From an uncultured delta proteobacterium (GTDB lineage: Bacteria > Myxococcota > Myxococcia > Myxococcales > Myxococcaceae): 64,000 nucleotides of DNA. Position numbers and translations under genes: made by a program. The stretch covers positions 2,816,001-2,880,000 of the forward strand of contig CAWCKH010000004.1 of assembly GCA_963796055.1 (NCBI GenBank), written 5' to 3'. Shown in pieces: positions 51,792 to 62,229 of the stretch. The notes under the pieces were generated by a model. The model saw nothing but the letters and a program-made list of their open reading frames with translations, did no database searches and was not told the origin of the DNA. Position 1 is the stretch's first letter, and every line of letters begins with the position of its first letter.

Positions 51792-52001
51792 ATGCCGATC
51801 GACAAGAATGCAGAGGAAGAGGATCTGCGCGAGGAGCGCGGGCGGCGGGCGTACACCGACTACGACTGCCCCTCATGCAACGCCAACAATCCCACCGAGA
51901 TGGCGCTCCGGGACGGCGACGAGACGCGGTGCAACTACTGTGGCACCGAGTACAAGGTGCGCATCACCGGCGACGGACGGCTCCGGCTGAAGGAGCTGTA
52001 G
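51792..52001 (+). CDS. Small zinc-ribbon protein
   Basis: CPSC...CNYC motif; 69 aa. Confidence 0.75.
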   Translation: MPIDKNAEEEDLREERGRRAYTDYDCPSCNANNPTEMALRDGDETRCNYCGTEYKVRITGDGRLRLKEL

Positions 52002-52005
52002 GTCA

Positions 52006-52209
52006 GGGCGGCCGCAGTCGAGGTCCGGGTCAGGGTATCGCCAGGTGGGCTGCAGTCGGGGGGTCAGTCCGGGCGGCCGCAGTCGAGGTCCGGGTCAGGG
52101 TATCGCCAGGTGGGCTGCAGTCGGCGAGGTCCGGGCGGCCGCAGTCGGGTAGTCCGGGCGGCCGCAGTCGAGGTCCGGGTCAGGGTATCGCCAGGTGGGC
52201 TGCAGTCGG
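52006..52209. repeat. Three identical 54-bp repeats plus one partial copy between convergent genes
   Basis: GGGCGGCCGCAGTCGAGGTCCGGGTCAGGGTATCGCCAGGTGGGCTGCAGTCGG at 52006, 52071 and 52156; 15-nt partial copy at 52133. Confidence 0.95.
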
Positions 52210-52881
52210 CTAGGCCGGCGTCGGGCGCTCTCCGAAGATGGCGGTCCCCACCCGGACCACCGTCGCCCCCTCCTCGATGGCCACCTCGAAGTCGTGGGTG
52301 CTCCCCATCGACAGGCCGGGCAACCCATGCGCGCGTCCGAGGGCGGCGAGCGCGCGGAAGAGCGGGCGCACCTCGTCCGCGGGGGCGAGCGGGGGCATGG
52401 TCATGAGGCCCACCAGCGCCAGACCGGGCAACGGGCGCACCGCTTCCAGGAGGGGGCCGAGTGCCTCCGGTGCGACGCCGCTCTTCGACGCCTCTCCGGC
52501 CACGTTCACCTCCACGTACACCGCCAGCGGCGTGCCGGTGCGACGACGGGAGAGCTCCTGCGCGACCTCCACCCGGTCGAGCGCATGGAAGACGTGCGCC
52601 GAGCGCGCCACGTACCGCGCCTTGTTGGTCTGCAGCGGGCCGATAGCGTGCCAGCGTAGACCGGGGAGGTCGGAGAGCGCCTCCGCCTTGTCCCGGAGCT
52701 CCTGGGCGTAGTTTTCCCCGAAGGCGCGGGCGCCAGCGGCGTACGCGGCGCGGATGGCTTCGGGTGGCTGCAGCTTGCTGACCGCCACCACCTCCACCGA
52801 CTGCTCGGGACGCCCGGCCCTCGCCGCCGCGGCCCGGACCCGATCCAGCACCGCGCTCCAGCTGGCCGCCACGTCGGTCAT
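52210..52881 (-). CDS. yggS: PLP homeostasis protein YggS/PLPBP
   Basis: [47 protein letters not shown]. Confidence 0.95.
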   Translation of the reverse strand: MTDVAASWSAVLDRVRAAAARAGRPEQSVEVVAVSKLQPPEAIRAAYAAGARAFGENYAQELRDKAEALSDLPGLRWHAIGPLQTNKARYVARSAHVFHALDRVEVAQELSRRRTGTPLAVYVEVNVAGEASKSGVAPEALGPLLEAVRPLPGLALVGLMTMPPLAPADEVRPLFRALAALGRAHGLPGLSMGSTHDFEVAIEEGATVVRVGTAIFGERPTPA

Positions 52882-53459
52882 CGCTGCTCCCAGGGGAGGA
52901 TGTAGCCGGCCTCTCGGAGGAGCGCGAGCGTCTCGACCAAGGGCAGCCCCACCACCGCGCTGTGCGAGCCCTCGATGCGCTCCACCAGGAAGCCGCCGAT
53001 GCCCTGGACGGCGTAGGCCCCTGCCTTGTCCATCGGCTCACCGGTGGAGACGTACCAGCGGAGCGCCGCCTCGGTGGCCCCGGCGAAGGTGACCGCGGCG
53101 GTGACGAGCCGTTCCCCGGCGCCGGCAACGGCCACGGCGGTCAGGACGTGATGGGTGCGGCCGGACAGCGTCCGGAGCATCGCCAGCGCCTCGTCCGCGG
53201 TGGCGGGCTTTCCCAGCACGACCCCCTGGAGCACCACGCTGGTGTCGGCGGCGAGGACCGTGGCGTGGGGATGGCGGGCATGCACCGCCTCGGCCTTGCC
53301 GCGGGCGAGCCGCAGCACGTAGCGCTCCGCCGGTTCTCTCTCTCGAACGCTCTCGTCGATGTGGGCCGGATCCACGCGCAGGGGAATCCCCAGCTGCTCG
53401 AGCAGCACGCGGCGGCGCGGGCTGGCGGAGGCCAGCACCAGGGCGGGGGACGGGGGCAT
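52878..53459 (-). CDS. maf: Maf family nucleoside-triphosphate pyrophosphatase (YhdE-like)
   Basis: [31 protein letters not shown]. Confidence 0.93.
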   Translation of the reverse strand: MPPSPALVLASASPRRRVLLEQLGIPLRVDPAHIDESVREREPAERYVLRLARGKAEAVHARHPHATVLAADTSVVLQGVVLGKPATADEALAMLRTLSGRTHHVLTAVAVAGAGERLVTAAVTFAGATEAALRWYVSTGEPMDKAGAYAVQGIGGFLVERIEGSHSAVVGLPLVETLALLREAGYILPWEQR

Positions 53460-53585
53460 CGCGCACCCACCTATACCGTACATGGTGTGCGTCCCTGTAC
53501 GATGGCTCCCGAGCCTGGGCGGCGGCAGGAATGGCCGGAGTCCGGTGTTCTGGCCGGACGAACCGGTGAACTGGAGCCCTCGGAG

Positions 53586-54632
53586 ATGAGAGCCACAGAT
53601 CTGCTATCAGCGCTGCGCCGGACGGTGGAGCAGCTCGCCGCGTTCAACGAGCTGGCCAAGGCGCTGACCTCCACGCTCGAGAGCCGGGAGGTTCTGGGGC
53701 TGGTGATGCAGAAGGTGTCGGTGCTGCTCCGGCCGGCCAACTGGTCGTTGCTGCTGCACGACGAGGCCTCCGACAGCCTCTACTTCGAGATCGCGGTGGG
53801 GGCCGGGGCCGACCGGCTGCGCAGCGAGCGCATCACGGTGGGCGAGGGGATCGTGGGGACGGCGTTCCGCAGCGGGAAGCCCCGGCTGGTGGACGACGTG
53901 CGCGTCGCGCCCGACTTCTCGCCCCGTTTCGATGCCCTCACCGACTTCCGGACCGGGTCGGTGCTCGCGGTGCCGCTCATCTTCCGCGGACGGGCGCTGG
54001 GGGTCATCGAGCTGGTGAACGGGGAAGGAGACCCGCGCTTCACCGAGGAGGACCTGGCGGCGGTGATGGCCATCGCCGACTTCGCCGCCATCGCCATCCA
54101 GAACGCCCGCGACTTCCAGCGGGTCCAGGAGCTCACCCTGGTGGACGAGCACACCGGCCTGGGCAACGTGCGCTCGCTGCGGAAGCAGCTCGACGCCGAG
54201 GTGACCCGCGCCCGGAGCCTTGGCCATCCATTGTCGCTGCTCTTCCTCGACCTGGACCACTTCAAGACGGTGAACGACAGCCACGGACACCTGGTGGGCA
54301 GCGCGCTGCTCCGCGAGGTAGGAGGGCTGCTGCGCGAGGAGCTGCGCCCGGTGGACGCGGCGTTTCGCTACGGCGGAGACGAGTTCGCGGTGATGCTGGT
54401 CGAGGTGGATACCCGCAGTGCGGTGCAGACCGCGGAGCGGCTGCTGGGGCGCTTTCGTATGCACCGCTTCGGCAAGCCCTCCGGTCTGGACCTGAGGGTG
54501 ACGGCCAGCGTGGGGATTGCCGCCTGTCCCGAGCACGCCTCGCAGTCCACCGAGCTCATCGAGGCCGCCGACCGGGCGATGTACCTGGTGAAGGCGCGCG
54601 GCCGGGACGGGCTCGCGGTCGCGCCCGGCTGA
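53586..54632 (+). CDS. GAF-GGDEF diguanylate cyclase
   Basis: GAF domain, [22 protein letters not shown]-site, [13 protein letters not shown]. Confidence 0.93.
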   Translation: MRATDLLSALRRTVEQLAAFNELAKALTSTLESREVLGLVMQKVSVLLRPANWSLLLHDEASDSLYFEIAVGAGADRLRSERITVGEGIVGTAFRSGKPRLVDDVRVAPDFSPRFDALTDFRTGSVLAVPLIFRGRALGVIELVNGEGDPRFTEEDLAAVMAIADFAAIAIQNARDFQRVQELTLVDEHTGLGNVRSLRKQLDAEVTRARSLGHPLSLLFLDLDHFKTVNDSHGHLVGSALLREVGGLLREELRPVDAAFRYGGDEFAVMLVEVDTRSAVQTAERLLGRFRMHRFGKPSGLDLRVTASVGIAACPEHASQSTELIEAADRAMYLVKARGRDGLAVAPG

Positions 54633-54668
54633 GCCGTCGCAGGCGCCTCCGAGGCCGGTGGCGCCGAC

Positions 54669-56237
54669 TCAGCCCTCTGCGCTGGTCGGGGCGATCAGCT
54701 CCTCGTTCTTGACGATGTTCGCCGACTTCTTCAGCGCGGCGACGTAGGACTCCTGGATCTGGCCCTGACGCTGGCGGAGGGCCTCCTCGCGGAGCTCGGC
54801 CTTCTTTGCCTGGTACTGCGCCTCGTCGGCCTTCTCCCGCGCGGTGAGCTCGGCGACCACGAAGGCGTCTGCTGCCCGGTACGTTCCGGGCAGCGGGCCG
54901 GGCCGGTCCATGGCGAACGCGGCGGCCTGGAGGTCGGGTGCGGGCCCCAGGCGCGGGATGGACGCGGCGCTCTTCGGGAAGCTGCCGGTGTCGATGGCCC
55001 GGGGCTGGTCTCCGGGGTCGACCGACTGGGCGTCCTTGTCCTTCTTGTCCGGGAACTGGGTGGCCAGCGAGGTCCCCTTCTGCAGCGCCAGGGCCGCCTT
55101 CCTCGCGTCCGCCTCGGCGAGGGCGGCGGCGCGCTGCCGCTTCACCAGCACCTGGGCAATCTCGCCCGAAACCGAGGCCAGCGGCTTCTCCTCGGGGGCC
55201 TTCTTCTCCTCCACCTGGATCAGGTGCCACCCGAAGGGGGTCAGCACCGGCTCGGACAGCTCGCCGATCTTGAGGTTGAACGCCGCCTGGGCGAACGCGG
55301 GCACGAAGCTGCTCCGCTCGTTCCAGCCCAGCTCACCGCCCTGGAGCTTGCTGCCGGGGTCGTCCGAGGACTCCCTGGCCACCTGCGCGAAGTCCTTCCC
55401 GTCCTGGATCTGCTTGCGGAGCTCGAGCGCCCGTGCGTGCGCCCTGGACTTCTCGTCCTCGCCGGGGCTCCTCCCCATGCGGACCAGGATGTGACGGACC
55501 CGCACCTGCTCCCCCTTGGAATAGGTGCGCTTGTTGGCGCTGTAGTAGGCGGCGATCTCAAGGCCGTGGGCCTTCTCCCAGGCCGAGACCTCGGCCGGGG
55601 TGGGTTGCTTGATCTTCCCGGCGTAAGCGGCCGGGTCGAACCGGACCAGGGAGAGGCTCACCGTGTCGCCCTCGCGCTGGAACCGGGTCCGGACCTCGTC
55701 CTCGGAGACCTCGGCGGTGTCGGCCACCATGGCCAGGAGCCGTCCGGCCGCGAGCCGCCGGCGCAGCCCGGCCTCGTAGTCCGGCGCGGTCTTGCGCAGG
55801 TAGGTCTGGAGCACCTGGGTGTAGGTCTCCGGGTCGAACTGCCCGTTCTTCTGGAAGCTCGGGTCCTTGCGCAGGTACTCGAGCAGATCGGGGTCCGACA
55901 CGGTGATGCCGTGGGACTCGGCGGCCTGCTCGAGCAGCTCGGTGGTGATGAGCTCGTCCAGGACGCGGCCCGGGATGCCGAACTGGCGGGCCAGGGCCTC
56001 GGGGAGGTCGCTGCCCCCGCGCTGGCGGAGGGCCTCCAGCCGGAGGGCGTAGGCCCGGCGGAACTCGGTCAGCGAGATCTCCTGGCCGTTGACCCGGGCG
56101 GCCGCGTCCTTCACCGAGGGAGTGAGCGGCGCGTTGCAGCCACGGCTCCCCGGACCGAACTGGAGGATGAAGACCAGGGCGATGGCGAAGATGAAGAGGT
56201 AGGAGAAGAAGCGGCGGGCGTCGAATCCGGAGCTCAT
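54669..56237 (-). CDS. PpiD/SurA-like periplasmic chaperone / parvulin PPIase
   Basis: N-terminal TM, SurA_N region, VRVRHIL...FAQVARESSDD...GGELG...SEPVLTPFGWHLIQV. Confidence 0.9.
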   Translation of the reverse strand: MSSGFDARRFFSYLFIFAIALVFILQFGPGSRGCNAPLTPSVKDAAARVNGQEISLTEFRRAYALRLEALRQRGGSDLPEALARQFGIPGRVLDELITTELLEQAAESHGITVSDPDLLEYLRKDPSFQKNGQFDPETYTQVLQTYLRKTAPDYEAGLRRRLAAGRLLAMVADTAEVSEDEVRTRFQREGDTVSLSLVRFDPAAYAGKIKQPTPAEVSAWEKAHGLEIAAYYSANKRTYSKGEQVRVRHILVRMGRSPGEDEKSRAHARALELRKQIQDGKDFAQVARESSDDPGSKLQGGELGWNERSSFVPAFAQAAFNLKIGELSEPVLTPFGWHLIQVEEKKAPEEKPLASVSGEIAQVLVKRQRAAALAEADARKAALALQKGTSLATQFPDKKDKDAQSVDPGDQPRAIDTGSFPKSAASIPRLGPAPDLQAAAFAMDRPGPLPGTYRAADAFVVAELTAREKADEAQYQAKKAELREEALRQRQGQIQESYVAALKKSANIVKNEELIAPTSAEG

Positions 56238-56371
56238 GGAGCGTGTCTGGAAGGGTGCTTTCCCGTGGCAGCAAGAGGCCGGCCAGCCTCGGGAAGCATC
56301 CTTGACCCTCTAGGGGAGCGACTGTGAAAATACAAGCGCTTCGGCAGCAATGAGAAGGACCCCCCGACCAA

Positions 56372-57235
56372 GTGCTGTCTTTTCTCCGGCGTCACCGTGA
56401 GCCACTGCTGGTCTGCATCATCCTCGCGCACGCGCTGGGGATGTTCCTCGGCTCGAGCCGCCGGGTGCGGGAGCCCAACCTCGTCGATCGGATCGCGCTC
56501 GCGGTGACCGCGCCGGTGCAGCAGGCCGCGGTGGCCACCATCGATGGCACGGTGAACGCGTGGCAGCAGTACGTGTCGCTGCGGAACGTGCGGCGCGACA
56601 ACGCGCGTCTGCTGGATGAGAACTCGAAGCTGCGAGCCGACGTGGTGGGCCTCGCCGAGGCGCGGGCGGAGAACGAGCGGCTCCGCCGGCTGGTGCACTA
56701 CGACGAGAGCAATCCCGGACCCAAAGTATTGGCCCGCGTCCTGGGCATCAACCCCGACCCCAATCGGCTCACCTTGCGCATCGACCGGGGGGAAGGGGAT
56801 GGGGTGCGGCGCGGACAGGCGGTGGTGACCGCGGACGGGGTGGTGGGCCAGGTGCTCCGGGCGACGGCCAGCGCCGCCGACGTGCTGGTGGTGTTCGACC
56901 CCAACTGCCGGCTGGGCGGCCGCATCCAGCGGACGCGGGCCCGGGTGGGCATCTCCGGCGCCGGCGATGATCAGGCGCTGAAGCTCGAGTACCTGCTGCG
57001 GACCGAGGACCTGGAGGAGGGAGATCTGGTGGTGACCGCCGGGACCGACGGGGTGTACCCGCCCGGTCTGGTCGTCGGCCGGGTCACCGGCGTGCAGCGG
57101 CAGACCAGCGGCATGTTCCTCAATGCCGGCATCCTCCCGGCGGTGAACTTCGGCAAGGTGGAGGAGGTGCTGGTGCTCGCGCCCCAGCCCGCGGCCGCGT
57201 TTCCCACCCGAACCGACAGCCAGGGGCGCCGATGA
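56372..57235 (+). CDS. mreC: Rod shape-determining protein MreC
   Basis: TM, coiled coil ENERLRRL, IDRG..DGV, TAGTDGVYPPGL.VG; operon context. Confidence 0.93.
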   Translation: MLSFLRRHREPLLVCIILAHALGMFLGSSRRVREPNLVDRIALAVTAPVQQAAVATIDGTVNAWQQYVSLRNVRRDNARLLDENSKLRADVVGLAEARAENERLRRLVHYDESNPGPKVLARVLGINPDPNRLTLRIDRGEGDGVRRGQAVVTADGVVGQVLRATASAADVLVVFDPNCRLGGRIQRTRARVGISGAGDDQALKLEYLLRTEDLEEGDLVVTAGTDGVYPPGLVVGRVTGVQRQTSGMFLNAGILPAVNFGKVEEVLVLAPQPAAAFPTRTDSQGRR

Positions 57236-57735
57236 GGCTCGCGCTGACCCTGGTGCTGACCCTGCTCTTCCTCGCGCTGGAGTCGGTGGCCGTGAAGTAC
57301 CTGGGCCTCGGGGTGGCCCGCATCGACGTCACAGTGGCAATCGTGGCCTTCCTCTCGCTGCGCGCCGGGCTGCTCGAGGGCGCCGTGGCTTCGTACGGGG
57401 TGGGCTACCTGCTCGACCTCATGACCGGCCGCCCCACCGGCCTCTACACCTTGCTGGCGGTGGTCACCTTCCTGCTCGGGCGCATCGCCGCCTCGCTGGT
57501 GGACGTGCGGAGCGGGAAGTCCTTCGCCCTGTTCGCCATGGCCGCCGACGCCACCCACGGGCTCCTGGCCTGGGGCATTGGCTCGGTGAGCAGCAAGCAG
57601 ATGGCGCTCTCCGGGCTGTCCGGGCTCCCGGCGGAGGTGCTCCTCACCGGGCTGGCTGCGCTGCTCCTCTATCCGTTGCTGAAGCGCTTCGGGCTCGGCG
57701 CCGAGAAGCGTGAACCGGGGCTGCTCTCTCCATGA
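57232..57735 (+). CDS. mreD: Rod shape-determining protein MreD
   Basis: Hydrophobic 167 aa with GYLLDL, located between mreC and pbp2. Confidence 0.8.
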   Translation: MRLALTLVLTLLFLALESVAVKYLGLGVARIDVTVAIVAFLSLRAGLLEGAVASYGVGYLLDLMTGRPTGLYTLLAVVTFLLGRIAASLVDVRSGKSFALFAMAADATHGLLAWGIGSVSSKQMALSGLSGLPAEVLLTGLAALLLYPLLKRFGLGAEKREPGLLSP

Positions 57736-59762
57736 CGCTCGGGCAGAACAGCGCGGGGAAGGACCTCAAGGCGCGCTACCTGTGGCTGGGCCTGGTGATG
57801 ATCGCCGGCCTGCTGCTCCTGGCCGGACGGCTGTACCGGCTGCAGATCGCCCGCGGCGACGAGTATGCGGCGAAGTCGGTCGCCAACTTCGTGAAGGAGA
57901 TCCGGGTCAAGGCGGATCGGGGAATCATCAAGGATCGCCGCGGGGAGATCCTGGTCGACAGCCGTCCCTCGTTCGACGTCTTCATCACCCCGGCGTTCTG
58001 CGAGCGCTGCACCGAGGAGGTGCTCCCGCGCCTCTCCGGGTGGCTCGCCTGGGACGAGGAGCAAGTGAAGCACGTGGAGCAGCTGCTCCGCGCCGCGCGG
58101 CGGACCGCACCGTTCCAGCCGGTGCCGGTGCAGCTGGACCTCAACCGGGACGAGCTGGACACGCTGAACGCCCACAAGCTGGAGCTGGCGGGGGTGGACT
58201 GGCCGGCGGTCCCCCACCGCAATTACCGCACCGGTACCGTGCTCCCCCACGTGGTGGGGTACATGAACGAGATCACCCAGGACGAGCTCGACCGGCTCAA
58301 CGCCCAGGGTGAGGGCTACGCGCTCGGCGACTTCATCGGCCGGCGCGGGGTGGAGCGCTTCTTCGAGCGCCGCCTCCGCGGCAAGGACGGGAGCCGCAAG
58401 GAGGTGGTCAACGCCCGCGGCGAGAGTATCCAGGAGCTGAGCGACCTCATCACCGGGGAGGCCACGGTCTCCAGCACGCCGGGCGACAACGTGGTCCTGA
58501 GCATCGACATGCGGCTGCAGGCCGAGGCCGAGCGGGCGTTCCCCGGGACTGCCGGGGCGGTGGTGGCGATGGAGGTCCGCACCGGGTTCATCCTGGCCAT
58601 GGTGTCGCGCCCGGGGTTCGACCCCAACGTGCTCACCGGCCGGGTGACGCCAGCGCAGCTCACGGCGCTGAACAAGGACCCGCTGCAGCCGATGATCTTC
58701 CGCCCCGCGCAGCAGCACTACAGCCCCGGGTCGACCTTCAAGGCAGTGAGCATGTTCGCCGCGCTGGAGAGCGGCAGCTTCAACGCCCACAGCTCGGTCA
58801 GCTGTGCCGGGGGCTACCACCTCGGAGCCCGGGTCTGGAGATGCTGGAAGCCGGCAGGCCACGGGTACGTGGACGCGCGGCGCGCGCTCCGGGAATCGTG
58901 TGACACCTGGTTCTACCGGGTGGGTGACACCCTGGGGCTCGACCCGATCGCCCGGATGGCTCGGAGCTTCGGGCTCGGCGCGCCCACCGGGATCGCGGTT
59001 CTCGCCGAGGTACCGGGCATCATGCCCGACACCGTGTACCACGATCGGGTCACGCCGGGCGGTTACACCAAGGGCCTGGCGCTCAACAGCGTCATCGGAC
59101 AGGGCGACGTGAACGTGACGCCGCTGCAGCTGGCGATGGTCTACGCGACGATCGCCAACGGTGGTCATCTGTACCGGCCACAGCTGGTCCGCCGTCTGGA
59201 AAGCCCGGACGGGCGGACCCTCCAGGAGTTCCAGCCCGAGCTGGTCCGTGAGCTGGATCTCGACCCTGGTGCGCGGCTGCTGGTGGTCGACGCGCTGACG
59301 GCGGTGGTGAACGAGCCCGGCGGAACCGCGTACCGGGCCCGGCTCCCGGACGTGAAGATCGCCGGGAAGACCGGGACGGCGCAGGTGATCGCCATCGGCA
59401 AGACGCGGTTGAAGAAGGAGGCGATGACCTACTGGCAGCGGGACCACGCCTGGTTCGCCTCCTTCGCCCCGGCCGAGGACCCGGAGATCGCGGTGGTGGT
59501 GCTCAACGAGCACGGCGGGCACGGGGGCATGGATGCCGCGCCCACCGCGACCGCGCTGTTCAAGAAGTACTTCGAGCTCAAGCGCGAGGACGCCAACGCC
59601 ACGATTGCTGCGTCCACCGCCCTTCCGGTCATGCCGGTGCGGCCGGTGCCGCCGCCACCAGCACCACGCCCACCTCCGGTCCCGGAGGAGGCCCCTCCGG
59701 CCCCGGCCGCCGCGCCGTCGGTGGCCCAGGTGCCGGCAGCCCCCTCGGAGGGCGCGCGCTGA
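57732..59762 (+). CDS. mrdA: Penicillin-binding protein 2
   Basis: RGIIKDRRG, PGSTFK (SxxK), SCD, KTGTAQ, DHAWF. Confidence 0.95.
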   Translation: MTLGQNSAGKDLKARYLWLGLVMIAGLLLLAGRLYRLQIARGDEYAAKSVANFVKEIRVKADRGIIKDRRGEILVDSRPSFDVFITPAFCERCTEEVLPRLSGWLAWDEEQVKHVEQLLRAARRTAPFQPVPVQLDLNRDELDTLNAHKLELAGVDWPAVPHRNYRTGTVLPHVVGYMNEITQDELDRLNAQGEGYALGDFIGRRGVERFFERRLRGKDGSRKEVVNARGESIQELSDLITGEATVSSTPGDNVVLSIDMRLQAEAERAFPGTAGAVVAMEVRTGFILAMVSRPGFDPNVLTGRVTPAQLTALNKDPLQPMIFRPAQQHYSPGSTFKAVSMFAALESGSFNAHSSVSCAGGYHLGARVWRCWKPAGHGYVDARRALRESCDTWFYRVGDTLGLDPIARMARSFGLGAPTGIAVLAEVPGIMPDTVYHDRVTPGGYTKGLALNSVIGQGDVNVTPLQLAMVYATIANGGHLYRPQLVRRLESPDGRTLQEFQPELVRELDLDPGARLLVVDALTAVVNEPGGTAYRARLPDVKIAGKTGTAQVIAIGKTRLKKEAMTYWQRDHAWFASFAPAEDPEIAVVVLNEHGGHGGMDAAPTATALFKKYFELKREDANATIAASTALPVMPVRPVPPPPAPRPPPVPEEAPPAPAAAPSVAQVPAAPSEGAR

Positions 59763-60907
59763 TGATGCTGCGGATCGAGCGCCGGATGGTGCTGAAGATC
59801 CCCTGGGGCCTGGTGGCGGTGACCCTGGCCATCGCGCTGCTCGGCATCTGGAACCTGGCCTCGGCCTCTCGGCCGCCCCACACCCCCCTCTGGGCACGGC
59901 AGCTGCTGAACCTCGGGGTGGGCGTGGCTGCCGGGGTCGCGGTCTGCCTGATGGACTACCGGTTCATCCAGCGGATGGCCTGGCCCATCTACGGGGTGAA
60001 CGCGGCGGCGCTGATGGCGCTCAAGCTGGTCGGGCACCGGGCGAAGGGCGAGGCGAGCTGGCTGGCGCTCGGGCCGCTGCGGATCGAGCCGGCGGAGTTC
60101 ATGAAGCTGGCGCTGATCATCGCCCTGGCCCGCTTCTTCCACGACGACTACCGCGAGGGCGAGGCGCCCTACGGGCCGGTTCGGCTGTGGAAGCCGATTC
60201 TCCTGGCGCTCCTCGCGGCGGGGCTGGTGCTCCCGGACCTCGGGAACACGATGATGATCCTCCTCACCGCCTGCACCATCCTGGTCTTCTCCCGGCTGAG
60301 GCTGTGGGTGCTGGGCGTGGGCGTGGCCGGGCTGGCGGCGGTGTCGCTGATCATCTGGAACGACTACGTGCGGGACCCCTCCGACGGTCACCCGACCGTC
60401 ATCCGGCAGGTCTTGAAGCGGCACCAGAGCCAGCGCATCGCCGGGTGGCTCTCGCCGGAGTCGGACCTCAAGGGCTCGGGCTACCACGCCGCGCAGTCGA
60501 AGATCGCGGTGGGCTCCGGCGGGCTGCTGGGGAAGGGCTGGCGTCAGGGGACGCAGACCGGCCTGTTCTTCCTCCCCGAGCAGCACACCGACTTCATCTT
60601 CTCGGTGTGGGCCGAGGAGCACGGGTTCCTCGCCTCGCTGCTGCTGCTCGGGCTCTACGGGCTGATCTTCGCCTTCGCGCTGGGGGTGGCGATGCAGGCC
60701 CGGGACCGCTTCGGGGCGTTCGTGGCGGTGGGCGTGGCGGCGATGATCTTCTGGCAGGTCTTCGAGAACATCGGGATGGTGGTGGGATTGCTCCCGGTGA
60801 CCGGCATCACCTTGCCGCTGATGAGCTACGGCGGCTCGTCGATGATGAGCGTGCTCCTGGCGCTGGGGCTCCTGGCGAGCATCGCCATGCGGCGGCACAT
60901 GTTCTGA
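59762..60907 (+). CDS. rodA: Rod shape-determining SEDS glycosyltransferase RodA
   Basis: EPAEFMK, PDLG, QSKIAVGSGG, LPEQHTDFIF..WAEE, PVTGITLPLMSYGGSS. Confidence 0.95.
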   Translation: MMLRIERRMVLKIPWGLVAVTLAIALLGIWNLASASRPPHTPLWARQLLNLGVGVAAGVAVCLMDYRFIQRMAWPIYGVNAAALMALKLVGHRAKGEASWLALGPLRIEPAEFMKLALIIALARFFHDDYREGEAPYGPVRLWKPILLALLAAGLVLPDLGNTMMILLTACTILVFSRLRLWVLGVGVAGLAAVSLIIWNDYVRDPSDGHPTVIRQVLKRHQSQRIAGWLSPESDLKGSGYHAAQSKIAVGSGGLLGKGWRQGTQTGLFFLPEQHTDFIFSVWAEEHGFLASLLLLGLYGLIFAFALGVAMQARDRFGAFVAVGVAAMIFWQVFENIGMVVGLLPVTGITLPLMSYGGSSMMSVLLALGLLASIAMRRHMF

Positions 60908-61035
60908 CCCGCACCGCGGGTGCTCCCGGCGGATCTTGCGCTGGCTGAAGCGGCTGCCGGCGGGGCAGACTGTGCTGGTGGGGGACCTGCTGACCGGAGC
61001 ACTCTGATCCAGGCACTCGCTTCCCGGAGGTTCCC

Positions 61036-62184
61036 TTGAGGGCCGAGTCGATCACCGTCGCGCCCAGTCCCGTCGCGGTCCCCACCGAGTCGGGCCGGCA
61101 GCTCCCCTTCGACTGGCTGAGGGGGCTGGTGATGGTGCTGATGACCATCGACCACGCCTCGGGCGAGTTCAACGCCGGCCGGCTCTTCACCGACGCGACG
61201 TTCCTCTACCAGGCCGGCACGCCGCTGCCGCAGGACCAGTTCCTGACCCGGTGGATCACCCACCTCTGCGCGCCCACCTTCGTCTTCCTCGCGGGCTACG
61301 TCATGCAGCTGAGCGTGCGGCGCCGGCGGGAGCTGGGCGAGTCCGAGGGGAGCATCACCCGCTTCATCGTCACCCGCGGGCTGATCATCGCCGCGCTGGA
61401 CCCCCTCTGGATGCACCTGGTGTTCCGGCCGCCGGGGGGTGGCATCGTGCTCCAGGTCCTCTACGCGATCGGGATGAGCTTCGTGATGATGGCCTTCCTG
61501 CGGAAGCTGCCTCCGCTCACCGTCGGAGTCGTCGGGGTGCTCCTGGTCTTCCTGTCCGAGCCGTTGCAGGCCCTGGTCCGGCAGACGACGGGCGTCGTGC
61601 AGTATGTGGGTACGCTGCTGGTGGCGGCCGGGCCGGCGAAGCCCTTCCTTGTGGGCTATCCGCTCATCCCCTGGCTGGCGATCATGATGATGGGGTGGGG
61701 GGCGGCCGAGGTGGCGCGATTGGCGCCGGACCGCTTCCCGCGGCGAATCGCGGTCGCCGGTATCGTCGCCCTGGCGATCTTCTTCCTGGTCCGGGGGCTG
61801 AACGGCTGGGGCAACATGGGGCTGTTCCGGGAGGATGGCTCGCTCGTGCAGTGGCTGCACGTCTCGAAGTACCCGCCCTCGGTGGCCTACGACGGCCTCG
61901 AGCTGGGCATCGGCTGGCTGCTGCTGGCGCTCTTCCTGGTCTGGCGGCCCCCGGCCTGGGCGGACGCGGTGCTCCGGCCGCTCGGGCAGAGCGCGTTCTT
62001 CTTCTACCTTCTGCACGTTCATCTGCTGGCGGTGGCCTCGTACGCCCTGGGGATGCACGGCAAGGCCGGCCTGGGAACGACGTACCTGTCGGCGGCGGTG
62101 GTGGTGGCGGTGCTGGTGCCCGCGTGCAGCGTGTACCGGCGGTACAAGCTGGCGCACCCCAGGAGCATCGCCCAGTACATCTAA
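61036..62184 (+). CDS. DUF1624 / HGSNAT-like membrane acyltransferase
   Basis: DWLRGLVMVLMTIDH, RWITHLCAPTFVFLAG, YPLIPW, KYPPS. Start is uncertain. Confidence 0.85.
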   Translation: MRAESITVAPSPVAVPTESGRQLPFDWLRGLVMVLMTIDHASGEFNAGRLFTDATFLYQAGTPLPQDQFLTRWITHLCAPTFVFLAGYVMQLSVRRRRELGESEGSITRFIVTRGLIIAALDPLWMHLVFRPPGGGIVLQVLYAIGMSFVMMAFLRKLPPLTVGVVGVLLVFLSEPLQALVRQTTGVVQYVGTLLVAAGPAKPFLVGYPLIPWLAIMMMGWGAAEVARLAPDRFPRRIAVAGIVALAIFFLVRGLNGWGNMGLFREDGSLVQWLHVSKYPPSVAYDGLELGIGWLLLALFLVWRPPAWADAVLRPLGQSAFFFYLLHVHLLAVASYALGMHGKAGLGTTYLSAAVVVAVLVPACSVYRRYKLAHPRSIAQYI

Positions 62185-62199
62185 GCCAGTACATCTAAG
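62172..62199. repeat. Perfect 14-bp tandem duplication containing the stop codon
   Basis: CCAGTACATCTAAG at 62172-62185 and 62186-62199. Confidence 0.9.
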
Positions 62200-62229
62200 G
62201 AGGTGCGCCGGGGGCGGAATGCCCGCGGG

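Noticed and set aside
52006..52209. Mini-CRISPR or coding repeat
   Set aside because: Linkers are about 11 nt or made of partial repeat copies; the array lies between two convergent stop codons.
56238..56372. mreB missing upstream of mreC
   Set aside because: To my knowledge mreB is unlinked from mreCD in myxobacteria, so this is expected.
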